DNA of 64,000 nt. It comes from the human T2T-CHM13v2.0 reference genome, Homo sapiens. The notes beneath the pieces are model-generated. The model was not told the DNA's origin. It searched no databases and saw nothing but the letters and a program-made list of their open reading frames with translations. The translations under genes were made by a program, and so were the position numbers. The stretch lies in NCBI RefSeq assembly GCF_009914755.1, contig NC_060926.1. One strand, given 5' to 3'. Within the stretch, counting starts at the first letter, position 1. Every line of letters begins with the position of its first letter. Below, piece by piece: positions 31,001-45,501 of the stretch.

Positions 31001-32609
31001 CTCATTTCTCTTATTGATAAATTTCCTTTGTGGCATTTCTATTTTTTTTCCTGAAGAGGACACTTTTTTATCTGCATTAAAAATCTATTCAGGTAAATAT
31101 TTTTTCTCCTCAATGGTTTTCACAAATTGTATCTGAAAACTCATCTGCTGCCTCTTGATCATCAGAAGCTGCTTCTGCTGTTATATTATCTTGACATTTT
31201 TTTAAAGCCAAACCTCTTTCTAAAATTGTCAAACCATCCTTTGCTGACATTAAATACTCAGGCTTTAGATCTTTCACCTTCCTTTTGCTTTAAGTTGTCA
31301 TAGAATGACTTCATTTTTTCCTCAAATTATATTAGAGTCCATATGTATGCCTTTCTTATAGCTATCTTGCACCCGCATAAAAGCTCCACTTTAAATAAAA
31401 GATAAAATGGTATTTTGCAACACATGTAAGATTTACGGGCCTGCTGATGTTGCTGCAGCGATGGCTTCACAAATTTCCTTTCCTTTTTTTACAGTGGTCC
31501 TTACACTGGATTCATTTATCTTGAAATGTCAGGCAACTACAGCTACAGATCTAAATCTACAGTACATATCAAGCAATTCAGCTTTTTCTTGTAATTTTAT
31601 GACTTTTCTTTGCTTGGGAGAAGTTCCAGTATAACTAGTGGTGCTTTCTTTGGGGTCCCATGATGTTATTTAAGGTTTACGATATTGCACTAAACATGTT
31701 TTAAGCAAATATTCACAACACTTGAGCTCACTGCAATAGCAACAGGAGGTGACTATGAATTATTACAGCAGTACAGTAATAAATTGCTGTTGGTAATTTT
31801 AAGCAGTTATGATTTAATACTGCATCTTTACATTTGTTTACATTTTTTAAACTGCAAATGATGCCCTGCACGGGTCTGTGCTTTTTTGCTTACATTTTGA
31901 TACCTGTTAACTTTTTCTGATTTTTTTCTATATTTTACAGTTTGCATTTTCAAATCGTCACAAATCTCCAATTTTTCAACATATTTATTGAAGAAATCCA
32001 CATATAAGTGGATCCACACAGTTAAACCTGTGTTGTTTAAGGGTCAACTGTTTAACACCTACAAGTACATTACATTGATTTTAAATTAGTTACGTATTTT
32101 AGAAAATTTAAATCGCTATTGGGGAAGTAATTTAAATTATAGAGTGTTCTTTAGAATTAATCAAATACCATATAACAAATTGTTGAAGCTTTTATTCAAA
32201 GATTGTAGATTTCTTAAAAATTCCTTTTAATCTTTATTCTTGTTCAGCCATATATATATATATAAAGCTGAACACACACACCTTAGAGATACACATGCTT
32301 AGGTGCAGGAAGTTGCAGTACAAGAATATTCAGACAAGCATTAGTTACAAAATTATCAGAGTTAATTAATATTGGGAAGAATTCATATTCCACCAACATT
32401 GAATGAATAAATATATCACATTATTTTCCTCACTACCATGACTCCTACCCCATAGTAAGCAGTAAGCTAAATGTTGTGTTTTCATCAGGTTACGTTGGTG
32501 ATATCTGGGAATCCACCTTTCCATACATGAAAACAATGCCAATTTTAAATTAAAGGCAAATAATGGTTGGAAAAGTCATTTGTGTTTTATTTAGTATATT
32601 TTTAAAAAC

Positions 32610-32810
32610 TTTTTTTAATGGTAAAATATACATAACATAAAATGTACCATTTTAATCGTGTTTAAGTGTTCAGTTTTGTGGTGTGAAATACATTTACATT
32701 GTTGTGCCACATCATGACCATCTACCTCCAGAACTCTTCATCTCAAACTGAAACTCTGTACCTATTAAGGCGTAACTCCCCGTATTCTCCCTCCCTGGCC
32801 CATGGCAAAC
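32610..32810 (-). mobile_element. L1MB-type 3' end fragment
   Basis: 'ggtaaaatatacataacataaaatgtaccatttta...tccagaactcttcatctcaaactgaaactctgtacc'. Confidence 0.8.
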
Positions 32811-35800
32811 GCCTATTTAGTGTAAATTTTGAATTAACATGCTAATGTGAAAAGTTTCTCTGAAACTAAACAAGGAAATTAATTGATTTAATCCTGAATT
32901 AAAACTAATTCCGGGTAAAACTCAGGTTACTGAATTTATGAATTTCACAATACCATTTGGCATCCCTATTTCCCGTACAAACCTTTTGCTCCACTTGGAT
33001 ATTTCTTGCAAGTACTTTGCTTATCTGAGATCAGACAAGTAAAAAAGAAATTCAGCAGTGCCGTATATTTTAATTGCAATGTTAATTCTGCACATTTCAG
33101 AGTAAGATGGGAGAAGAATGTGTATGATTTGACAGTATAAAATACTCATAATAAAACTGCTTGGTAATATCCAGATGATTCATTAGTAAAAATGTAGAAC
33201 TGGAGGGTTAAGAAAATGTTTGAATGTTAAACAGAGTTGCTACTTGAATTTTCTCTGTTTTATTGTGAAAGTGAGAAAACATAAATAATTATTTTTGGAA
33301 AATTATTTTTAAATGTTGTATTTTGAGCTAAAACAATCCCCAAATTCATGATATATTAATATTTATCTGTTTTAATGTTCAGTGGTGGCTGTAATTGTAT
33401 TACACACACAAAAAGGAAGCATAGGTACCACTAGATTAATGTTTTTGAGAAAGAATCCAATTTCTTTTATTAAATACATTATTCAGATAAATAAATCATA
33501 GTACATTAAGCGATGCTTTATAATCCTATGCATACTTTGAAAATTATTATGGAAAAGCATGCTTAATATCATGAGAAAATGTTCATATATATAGTCAAAT
33601 GGGTGCAAGATTGCTATAAGAAAGGCATACATATGGACTCTAATTACTATGCTACCATTAAAATAATTTGAACACACACAAGTACATGTCTACATATACA
33701 TAGATATATTATACATAGATATATGAATGCTGTGTTTTTCTCACTGGGTGATAAGATTAAGCTGATACTTAGATTTCTCTTTTGTTTCCCACATAAAGTA
33801 AATAAATGCAATATTTTCAAACTAAAGTATCCTATGTAATTTCACTTAAGTTGTATTTACTATGGGGCACCACTGATTTTGAAATGATCAATGTAATGTT
33901 CTCTTTATTTCATGCATGAATAGCTTCCTAAGTTCTTATTAATATCATTTTTACACATCTGAACACCTTTATAAAATACCGTAACTGTGCTGGCCAGTAA
34001 TGTTGTCAAGATTGAATTCTTTTTGTATGGTTTTTTATTTATTTGTTTTCACAAAAATGAAATACTAAATATACCTTAAAGGAAACTAACTGTTCAGCCC
34101 AGCATGTAGTGAATGCTTTGATCATAGAAGCAATTATTTTACACAAAATTAATTCAGTTCGAATAGAGATTCACAATAAACTGAGTGGCAGATTGCACTT
34201 CAGAATGTATCACACCAATTTAGGACTTTCATTTTATCCAAATTTCATATGGAAAACTTTCTATAGTTGTCACTCTTATAATATGACTGTATGAACATTG
34301 AATCTAGTCTGCAATAAACTATTAAGATGTGAGTCCTCCAAAGATATCTTGCTACACCGATCTTGAAGAAGGAAGTACAAACAATTAATTTAAAATGCTG
34401 CTATTGTGTTTGTATTGGCATTTGCAATTGAATAGTCTGCATAAAATTTAGGAATGAAGACTTTAATAACTGATTTGCAGTACTTGTATTGAGAAAATAA
34501 TTTTCTCAAATGTGGGACTACAGTTCTGCTCCTCAAGTAAAAGCCCATGAAACAAGATCTGATAAAATTAATAATAAGAAGGATTAAGCAAAATAGAGCA
34601 TCACCTTATAACAGTGTACTTTATAATCTTATACATGTATTTATTAAACTAGCTCAGGAGCACTTCCAGTAAAGGCACATTTAATGAGAGTGAATTTTAG
34701 TTGAGATAGAAAAGCAGATCATATGGGTACGTCAGTCTCTAATCAACTTTTTAGTGGTAATCCAGGAAGGATCTTCAATTTAACTTAGAAGGTGTTTCTA
34801 GTGTTTAGATTTTCTCCTAGTAATTTAACCTGAACATATGTTTGTAATAGCTTTCTTCATAAAAGGCCATAAGTAGGGTAAGTAGCTAGATAGTATATGT
34901 TAAGATATTAAAATAAGACTTTTTTCACCCTTCTCATATTTGTATAATTAATATGTTGCCAATATTTAGTGGAAAATAAAATTGATTTTGATGTATGAGA
35001 AGCTTAACAATCCATATTTAAACTTATAGCATGGCTTTAAGCCATCATGTTCTTGGCTTTATTTATAAAGATGGGTATTTTAAAAGACAAGGATCAGCCA
35101 GACCTGCAGAGTTGCCCAAGGAAGAAAATGCCTTGTGTGTAGGCCGACCACAAACAAAATGAGCCATGGGTAGAAATATCTGCAGCAAAAGGTAATCAAT
35201 TGCACTTGACGGACTTCTGAACAATATGCAATTTAACTCAATGATACCTAGCTGCTCCTATCTTTTTAATAGCTTGTGAATTCAGAAGACATAAGTTACA
35301 TGAGTATCTTGGCAAACTACATTTTCACATTTTCAACCCTCACCTCAACTTCAGCTTCATCTGGGAACTTTGCCATAATTGATAGGAAAAGAAGTACAAA
35401 TTCTTTTCCATTCATAGAGCAATTTATAAAGAAAGTCTCTAGCCTATCTTCCCAAATGAACCATGAACGATTAAAAATAAGGCACACTTACAGCAATGTT
35501 TTCCAAGTGATCAATTTAAGTTTGAAAATGGCGGAGATTGTATTGGTTAAGAATATTTATAACAGATAGAACAAAGCAAAAAATAAAAATAAAAAACCCA
35601 CAAATGATGAATAGGCAAATTGGTCCCCCAAGACTCCTAACATTTTTTTAACAGTATTTTTATCTTTTCAATTCTTATATAGCAATTCTTTCATTGTCAT
35701 AGAACTCTAAAAAAACAGTAGTTATAATTGAATTAATAAGAATTATGAATATAATATATGCCATGAAGCTCTTTGAATCCTTGAAGGAGTTGTCTGATTC

Positions 35801-38800
35801 AATTTTCTGCTACCTTTTACCTACATTAACAAACAGAGGAAGAAAACAAAAACAAAGCTAAGAGCAGAGAGGTAATTTGGTTTTAAAAATATCTGTGGGA
35901 GGTACAGATGCATTCAGACAACTTCCTCCACTTCTTTGATTCCTGTTTTCTAAGTGGTTCCCTTTCAATTTGTTTATATTGTGTCAACAAGTTAGAAGAT
36001 TGCAGAAAAAAAAAATGCATCATTTTCTTGGTTGACAAACCAAAAATAGTTCATTTAAAGAATACAGAAGGAACTGGAATTTCATATTGCTTTCCTTGCT
36101 GTTTCTTTTCTTTGTGCTAATAGCATCAAAAATAAAGCCCCCAAGTCAGCAAGTTTTTGACACTCTGATTGGCTGAACACAATGAAAAGCTGTTTGTTAG
36201 GCACAAAATTTACCTACATTTTTTTTTTCAGTTTCCAGCAATGGTCAGGTGACTTGTGGAACATGAGGGATATCTAAGGGAAGTACATAAGGATGCCCTA
36301 AGGAAAATTCCCACTTTGTTATTAATATCTGGAGAAAGACAATACATGTGGCAAGGGAAATGAAAGGACTGTGTTCATGTCATAAAGGAAAGAGTAATCT
36401 GTTAGAAAATACATCTCTAATGGAAAAAAGAGAAAGGATGTGGAAAATAAAAATGATCTGGGAAACATGTTGATTGTGTGGGAAAAGATTACTCCAGAAA
36501 TAATTTAGAATGCACAATTGGCATAAGGAGATTTGGATTTGCATTATAAATATATAGCCTGCTATTACTGGCAACTTCCTGGTCATAATTATTTTCATCT
36601 CTTTTCTTTTTATTGATATATAGAGCCTGCTCTGCATAATCTCATACATTGTGTTCTGATACTTTATACATTTCCAGATGTCAACATTATCAGATGGCAA
36701 GCCCATTGTCTACTAAGGTCAATACAAAATATTTAATAACTGGGTGTTCAGCTCAAAATGGAGAGTGGAGGTTAAAAACAGGGAAAGGAAAAAAGAAAGG
36801 AAGTTTTATGAAGTTAGGAAAATTTTTTTTTTTTAGTGTTTTGGTTAAATTGAAAAAATATTTTCTATTTTGTGAGGATTATTATAGGGAAAACTTTGTG
36901 GTTCAGTGGGGAGTTTTGCATTGACTACAGCACACTTATTCGGGTTGATTCTTATCCCATGGGACTTGTTTTGCAACTATGAAAAGAAATTCTTATCTAA
37001 AAACAATATAGATATTCTGACAGATAGAGGTTCAGTTGATTTTCTTTTCTGTCCAAGGAAAAAGCCAGTTTCTGTCAGTTCATCTCACCAGTCCTTTAGG
37101 CAAATCTGTGCTCCTTTGACTTCTCTGAGCCAATCAGAATATCTGCCTGGCACCCTCATTATGAATTAAGTAAAATCTTTAACATGAATTGCTTTATGTC
37201 TGTATGATATTAATGATTTTTTACTTTGAAATATTTTATTTAACAAAGTTAATATATGTAAAAACAATTAGAACCTTCTCTGGTAGGAAAAGATGAATGA
37301 ATGTTACTGTTGTTACTATTGTTGTTAGGAGACAGCATTCTTGATTCTTAGTGCTCTGATACAATCATGATTAAACTGAAGAAGGTCAGTCTGTAGTAGG
37401 AGAACCAAGTAAATAAATAGTTCCAGTAGAATGTGTTAACATATGTAATTGAGGTAAGTACAAGGTCTAATAGAAACATAAATAGAACAGCAATTGACTA
37501 TGCCTTAGCGGTTGAGAGGGGACAACATCTGAGAGTTAGACAAGAAAAGGAGTCACATAGTCACATTATTTGCCCTAGATATCCGTCTTGAATAACCATT
37601 ATCAGAAATTGTAAAATTATGAGCAGAATCAAGGCAAAGGCAGAGAGTGAATAAGCTTTCTTTTACTCAATCAGAACAAAAATAAGCTTTAACACAAGGT
37701 CACGTTTACTCGTACTAGGAAGTCAGCAAAGATACAGAGTGTAATGCTCTCTATTTAACCTGTGTAGACTTAGCAGAGGCTGAGATTAATGATAGCCAAG
37801 GAAAAATAAGAGAGATAATTTCAGAATAAGTGCAAGGAAGTTTATAATGCAAGTTTAAGCTTAGATCAAAATTTAATGGTGACTTTTTAAAGGTAATCAT
37901 AAGAGAGAAAAGTAATAGCACAATCTTGTAGGACTGTGTGTCTTTGTTCAGTGTCCTTTTATATCTATTCTATCAATGTGATTTCAGAAAGAAGACCCTG
38001 TGAATTTTTAGGGGGGAGGAAGTAGTAACACTATTTTATAGTTAAGGACTCAAACATAGAGAAGTTTTTATATTAAAATCTGTGATAATAATGATAAATG
38101 TTTTTGTGTCTATGGGGTTTATAGTTTCCAAAATGATTTCTGGATGCAGTGTTTCCTTTAATTCCCTAACCACTGGTGGAAAAAGGTTTTATTTTCTACA
38201 TTGTACAGATGAGAAAGCTGAGTCTTAGAGACATAAAACTTACACTGAGTTAAACAGCTAATGCTTGGCACCCTGCTTCTCTGGTTGTGCATGCTGTGCT
38301 TTTTCTATTACAAAATGATTCTTAGTAAAAAAAGGAACCCTATACTTTAGAGATGCTAAGTTCCAACCCACGCTGCACTCACACTCCCTACCTCAAAGGG
38401 AGCACTCTCAAGTGGGGTTGCCACCACCTGGAAAGGATGCCTGCTTTGTTTTCTTCACACCAAGGCACCGTATGTGCTAGCAGTGGCAGTGATGAAAGGG
38501 AATACAAACAGCAGGGAGAACACAGGAAAAAATGGCCAAGTAGGTGATATTTACCTTCAGAATTCTCCACTTCCATGTTCCATACCACTGCTGTCCCTCG
38601 CAGCCTCTTGACCTCACCACCCACCTCTGCTCTAGTGACCTCTCTCTTTTCCCAAAACAATCAACTTCAAAGAGTAACTCGAACACCATGCGTTGTATGA
38701 CAGGACTTCTTTGGAGGGCTTCTGGCTTGATAAATACATGAATTAAGAGGAAAATTCAAAAACATAATGAGGGTTTGTTTCTGAGGTCCTGTGGCACCAG

Positions 38801-39649
38801 CCACATACCTTTTTATAATAGGTTGTATTTGTTTGTTTGTTTACTTAGTGTGAACATATTTCTTCTGGTCAAACCTACTCCATGGTTCCCGCTCCCCATT
38901 TATTCTTGAGTCTGTTTCACAATCATGGAAAGACTCTGTATCATGAGGGAGGAGTGTTAATCTGGAATAACCAAATTCCAGGTTTTCAAGCTTCTAGATA
39001 AAGGTTTCAAAGAGATGGAAGTCACAGAGAACAAAGGCATGGTGTCTTCCCATTTTATTATTTTTTCCATATTTCCTGGGTGGGAGATAACTGAGTCTTT
39101 TTTACTTTAGGGAAATTATCAGCACTCTTCTTTTTTATCTCTAGCTCTCCTTCTATTTCACTTTTAGATGGGTTGGTCCTGTCTTGCAGTCCCCAGGACA
39201 ACGGGTTGCTTGTTTGGATGAGTTGCCTGAGGTGTGTGTCGTTACAGGACAGTTCTACTGTGGGAATTGGATAAATGTTCCCTCTTGTTCATTCCTTCTC
39301 TTAGATTCCCTTCATCTTTTCACCACTGTCTGAGATCTTCCCTAGCATCAGAGATTTTGGTTTACTTTTAGAATTACCAAAGCAGTTTTTCCCAGACTTA
39401 ATGAAGAGGATACCACAAGGTTAAGCCTAGTCCACTACACTTCTGTTCTAGGACTATGAGTTAAAGTTCAAACTAATAATGAGACAGTCATTGGTTCTGC
39501 TTTGTCAGTACGGTGGTATGGGGATATGGTGCAGGATCTTCATGGATTGCCTCTATTTCTGAGGGATTTTTTTTTGCCTCTGAATAAAGAAAGAAACATA
39601 TTAGGAGTTCTAAATTTTCAGTTGGAAAGATCTTGATTAGGAACTAATT

Positions 39650-39852
39650 CTCTCTGGACTCCTACTGCCTAGGTTGGAATCTCAGCTTCTTACCTTTCTA
39701 GCAGTATGATCTTGGGCCAGCCTCAGTTTCTTCCTCTTTAAAATGAGGAAAATGGAAACTATTTCAGAAAGTACTTTGGGGTTTAAATAAGAAAAACATG
39801 TAAAATCCTAATAGTGTTTGACACATAGTAGCACTTGATAAGCATTAGCTAT
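39650..39852 (+). mobile_element. MIR
   Basis: 'gcctcagtttcttcctctttaaaatgagg...tgacacatagtagcacttgataagcattagctatt'. Confidence 0.7.
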
Positions 39853-41929
39853 TAATAAAATAATTCCCATTGCTATTTCTCGTGGATAGCATTAGAGCAT
39901 CTGAATTTGGGGAACAGTATCTTGTAGTGTTACTTAATTGGATAGACCCCCCCCCACCACCTCAGTGAAATTTAACAGGCAAAATGTCAGTATCTTCCAG
40001 TTGATGTAAATCTACTCTTTGATCAAATTTGATATAATTTCACTGTTTCTGCCATAGAAACAATCTAATATCAGACTTGGCATGTTTCTCTACTAGAAAA
40101 CATGATGTAGGCAATGATGCTGTCTGACTGAATCCCACAGCAGGTTGTATTAGTCACTGAATACTAAGCTGTTATAGTGGAAGAATGTGTTTCCATATTT
40201 CACTTTAAACATGGAAAACATGGTCCACAGAAGGTATGTTTCCAGTTACATGATAAGCTAGGATGATGGTTACAATGATAAAGAGGTAATTTACTGGGGC
40301 TATAACACTGGCTGTTACTTTGATGGCTTCACAGGATCCAGAATGGACATTCTCTTGAATCTTGCTGTGACATAAGGCTACTTCTTCTTAAGTGAAAACT
40401 AAAGACAGAAAATGATAGAACCACAGGGCATTAGAGCTGGAAGTGATCCAGGCATGTGGCTTGCCAAAACCCTAACGTGACTCAAAGACAGGTGGAAAAG
40501 GCTTCACAGAGCACCTTACCATCCTCTACTGAGATTATTTCAATAATATTGGGAACCATCATTTATCTGAAGACACTTGCTCCAACATTCCCATGTAGAT
40601 TTGTAGATTTGAAACTCAGTGAAAGGCATTTTGACTATAAAATTAGAATGTAAGTTTCATACATAATTATGAGATGATTTATCAGAGAATTTAGAGGAAA
40701 AAATCCAAGAACTTCACTTAGATACTGAGAAACAACAAGGAAGACAAGGGACTCGAGTATTTAGGAAAGAAATGGCACACCTCTACTTGAGCATAAATAT
40801 TCGGAGAGCAATAAATCTCATCCTACTCCATTTACAGGACAAGGGGAAACACAGTAAATGCTTCAGAATTATACACAAAACTTTCTTAAGCTGTGAGAAC
40901 CAGTTAAAGACAATTTCAGTACTTATTATAACCTCATATGGAGAAATGCCACAGTGCAAACTGGTGACAGAATCGACATGTAGAACTACATTCTACAGAT
41001 ATACAGCAGATAGGCTGCAGGTTTCAGAGGTATACTTACTTATTTTGCCAACAGTATTTGTCACAGGAAATCAAGTCAAAACATTGTAATAAGCTAGTTT
41101 CCAATATGAAATAGACTTTCAAACCCCAGAGAATTTTTGAGGAAAAGCAAAATGAAAAACCAGACAAAAAATTCTTAACTAGCTTAGCCTATCACCCACT
41201 CATGTTTTTGTATCAGATCTGGGTCATAAATTTCATTACTTTCCAGTTTTCTCCATTATATTGTTCCATTTCAGAAAGAAAGTCAGCTCTTATTTATCTA
41301 AGCATGCAAACCTGGAGGCAGGCAGAATACTTAAAATATAAATGCCCATAGTTAGAGAAATAGAGTTTTTCTAGTCCTAAAAAAGAGAGCTTACAGAGTA
41401 AGAAAAGACGATCATATACATGGCTTTTGGTACAATACTTTACCTGTAGTATAATTATGTTTCAGAATTTAAAAAATGTTAAGTCGGCTTAAAAACAACA
41501 AAATAACCATTAAAAAAACCTTCACTGTTTAAGATGAAAGTCATAGGCTGCCACTTTACACATTAAGTTAAATACCAACCCCCAGAGACCAGGAATATAA
41601 TAAAATGGAGGAAAGTGGTTATAGAAGGCTAATGTTCCACTCTAGGAATCATCTACCTGACACATCTTTCATGCAAAACACTCTGCTGGGAACTATGGTA
41701 ATCCAAAGATAGAAGGATATACATCAATTCCTGAAGAGTTTGTAGTATATTAGGAAGGCGTGTGTGTGTATCACATTCAATCATATACTGATGGCACAAG
41801 GTAAGTTATATTAATTCTTCTAGTAACAATCAGAGAATAAAGTGTGTGATGCAAGAGAAGCTGCTTTATGGGTAGTAATGTTGCTCCTGCTAATGATCAA
41901 TTCTCTGTTGAATACTAGATGAAGACCCT

Positions 41930-42240
41930 CTTATAGACTTGTAGAATTCTTTGTGCCACTCTCCCTACTTCAGTACATTTTTCCTGTAAATGCCAGGCGC
42001 TAAGGACTTTCAACTCCTTCTCTCCTCAACTTAGAAAATTAGCTTGTATCTGGTTACTTCCTGCACTGTGGCTTGGAAGCACATTCAAAGCAGTAAACTG
42101 GAGCGAGATCACTCTTGCATTGCTTAATGTCCACTGTCCTGAAAACCATCGTTTCATATATTTTCCCTGGGTTTTTGGTTGTTAGGGGTGGAGGGTGAAT
42201 CCTGTCTCTGTTACTTTGTCTTGATGGAAAGTGGAAGTCT
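41930..42240 (-). mobile_element. Ancient L1M/L1ME 5'-end fragment
   Basis: 'ctgtcctgaaaaccatcgtttcatatattttcc...ggagggtgaatcctgtctctgttactttgtcttgatggaaagtggaagtc' resembles old L1M 5' ends. Confidence 0.55.
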
Positions 42241-43924
42241 TCACTGATTCTTTTCTACTACTACTCTGAAAATATTACACACTTGCCAGTGAGAAAAATC
42301 AAGGCTTTAGCAGTATTAAATAACTTCCTGAAAGTCACATAGAACTTGGAATTACAGGTTAATATTTTCCCTCAAGTCTTTAGGCAAGTAGACCCAGGGG
42401 TACCTTGAATGAGGTGAATAGTGTAACCTATTTATACTCTAGGTTTTACAGAAAACACTCATCTCTTGGTGTTGTCAATATTGTTCATTGTTCCTTGACC
42501 TTTCCCAGTATCAGAGTGTTTAGATACCAAGGGTGTGGGTCATGGGTTAGCAAACAAATGCCTCTGGCTATTCAATGACAGAGTTGAGTAGATGGGACAT
42601 AGATTTTCTTGGCCACAAATCCTAAAATATTCACTCTTTGGCCAATTACTGAAATCGTTTATCAACTTCCAAAGCAAAAGAATCAAGTATTTTTTTTTCA
42701 GACTGACTTTGTTCTATCTACTTTAAGATAAGTAGGATTTTGATTAATTATTTGTGGACAATATCTAGGCATCAAAGAGCTACATTGTATTTTTATATGA
42801 GAAGCCCCCTGGTAATAATGTAGAACTTTCTCCTCTTCACTGTGCTCTCGGTAAGTTAAGTTTTGAGGGCTACCAGGAAAAAGCGCAAAAGAGGGAACAC
42901 AGGATATGGTAGATGAAGAGTCAGTGATTCACAGGTTGCCAGCCTTTGCAAAGTGTCTTCCATTTCATCATAATTGGGCACATTTTGCCCACCAGTATGA
43001 ACTTATAAACAGTGAATTGAGATCCAGGAGGCAAAGTGCTGATTTCAGATAAAACTCAGACCTCTGAGAAACAAACACCTGTGTTGCTGTAAGCCTGTAA
43101 GAAGGTCACAAATACAATTCGTATGATCTAGGGAATACAGTATTAGTGGGACAGTAATTGCTTCTATGGGACACAGAAAAGATTTCTAAGACTTCAAAAT
43201 ACTGGTGCAACAATGTCCCACTTACATTTTGGAGAATATTTTTCTGTGTGTCTCTAATAGTAATCTGTATAAGCCAAAACTGGGCTAGGGAAGTCCAACC
43301 AGGAACTAAGAATTGTAAAAGCGGTTGTCAGTCTCCTGAGCCACATCCCACATGGAGCGAAGATTTGATTTTATGGAATGATTGATGAGCAGTTCATATG
43401 TAGGCCAGAGGTGAGTTTACTTCAGAGTAACCAGAGATTACTATGTAAGCTTATAGCTTATTGAATCAGACCTTGTTAGATTACCTGATTGTTTCTTATA
43501 CTCAGAAGAGAGAAGGAGCTGTGTCCTTAGATCGGAGATAACAAATATCTGCATTAGTATGAAAGGAAGTTATGTGTCAGAGAGGAAAGAAAGTGAACCT
43601 TAGGAAAAACAAAGGATTGGGTATACCACTACAGTCCCTAAATACTGCTATATGACTAATCGGCTTTACCAGATATTCCAGCTATTTTGTTATAGTTGTG
43701 AACAATAGTTTTTTCTTTCTTTCAAAATTTCACTTATTACTGGTATAGGCAAACATTTGCACCTCTTCTATATTCTATCTAGACTTAATTGAATTGCTTT
43801 ATTAATTCTATATGCTTTTTATTGATTTTACTAACCAGGCACCTATACCATTTTCAAAAAGCAATAATTTTATCTGTTTTCCTAGTATTTACATTTTTTT
43901 GTTTATTTTCTTCTTATTCCAGAG

Positions 43925-44140
43925 CAGGGTTTTTCAAACTTGACATTAGTGACATTTTTCACTGGCTAATTCTTTGCTATGGTGTACTGTCTTGTACTTT
44001 TGTGGGATGTGTAGCACCATCACAAACTGTACCCACCAGAGCCAGTAGCATCAATCCCCCAAGTCAGACAATGAAACTGACCCTACTTATTGCCATAGGT
44101 CCCTCTAGAGGGCCAACATTTTTCTGATTAAGAACCACAG
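43925..44140 (-). mobile_element. MER20
   Basis: 'cagggtttttcaaacttgacattagtgacattt...taattctttg...tacccaccagagccagtagca...aagaaccac'. Confidence 0.8.
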
Positions 44141-44484
44141 TTGTAGAAAAATTAAGATTTAAATGCTAAATTTAAACAATAGTGTGTAGACACTGATAGA
44201 AGAATATCTTAATCTAAGGGTGGCTGTAACTTCACTAAAAGCTATAAAGAAAAATATTACCAGATTTTATGCAAATAAAGATACTTCTGTATGGCAGATA
44301 GTAAGCTAAAGTAAAAATACCTTTAACATAGACGGCAGATATGACATGCTCAATACCGAGAGATTTACTAACAATAATATTAAAGTGGACAAAATATATG
44401 AATAGGCAATGATCAGCAAACATAGAAAAAGGTGCCCGAATCCACAAATAACCAAAGAAATTAAATTAATGAAAAGTGTGTTTT

Positions 44485-44980
44485 GTACTTTAAAAATCAT
44501 TTTTAATTGACAAATACAAATTTCATATACTTATTGTGTACAATATCTTGTTTTGAAATATATATGTAGTTCATCTTTCATGTCTGTGAGTTCTATATCC
44601 ATGAATTTAACCAACTTTATATAAGACAATTAACAAAAAGTCTATACTGAACATGTAAAGATTTTTTACTGTCATTATTTCCTAAATAAAACATTGTAAT
44701 GACTATATACACAGAATTTACATTGTGTAGGTGTTAATAATCTGGTGAGTATTTAAAATATGAGAGCACTACATATATACCATATGCATATACATGTATA
44801 TGCATATATACATGTGCATATATATGCACACACACACATACACACACACTACATTTTCTTTATCCATCCATTGATGGACACAGGTTGACTCCATCTCTTG
44901 GCTATTATGAATAACATTTCAATGAACATGATGGGAATGTAGCTATATCTTCTACATACTGATGTCGTTTCCTTTGGATA
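44485..44980 (-). mobile_element. Old L1MA 3' segment (non-inverted part of a twin-primed element), with internal MER2
   Basis: 3' terminus 'ttttaattgacaaata...tgtacaata...ttttgaaatat'; 'acattttctttatccatc..ttgatggacacaggttga.tccat.tcttggctatt...cctttggata'. Confidence 0.75.
44567..44766. mobile_element. MER2 fragment
   Basis: 'actgaacatgta.aga..ttttt..tgtcattatttcctaaa...atttacattgt'. Confidence 0.7.
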
Positions 44981-45348
44981 CTCATTTTATGAGGCCAACA
45001 TTACCCTGACACCAAAGCCAGATCAGGGCACTATCAGAAAAGAAAAGTGAAGGGAGGAGCCAAGATGGCCAAATAGGAACAGCTCCTGTCTACAGCTCCC
45101 AGCGTGAGCGACGCAGAAGACGGGTGATTTCTGCATTTCCATCTGAGGTACCGGGTTCATCTCATTGGGAGTGCCAGACAGTGGGCGCAGGTCAGTGGGT
45201 GCGCGCACCATGTGCGAGCCGAAGCAGGGCGAGGCATTGCCTCACTTGGGAAGCGCAAGGGGTCACGGAGTTCCCTTTCTGAGTCAAAGAAAGGGGTGAT
45301 GTACTGCACCTGGAAAATCGGGTCACTCCCACCCGAATACTGCGCTTT

Positions 45349-45501
45349 TCAGACAGGCTTAAAAAAACGGCACACCACAAGATTATATCCCGCACATGGC
45401 TCGCAGGGTCCTACGCCCACAGAGCCTCGCTGATTGCTAGCACAGCAGTCTGAGATCAAACTGCAAGGCGGCAGCCAGGCTGGGGGAGGGGTGCCCGCCA
45501 T
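45349..45501 (-). pseudogene. ORF0: L1 ORF0, frameshifted to 50 aa
   Basis: MAGTPPPAWLPPCSLISDCCASNQRGSVGVGP...FFKPV*. Confidence 0.75.

Noticed and set aside
31012-45037. Spacer already inverted by recombination between the two L1s
   Set aside because: Each L1 still has its own matching TSD pair, and each host (Tigger2, L1MA) is collinear across it, so this haplotype is in the ancestral orientation.
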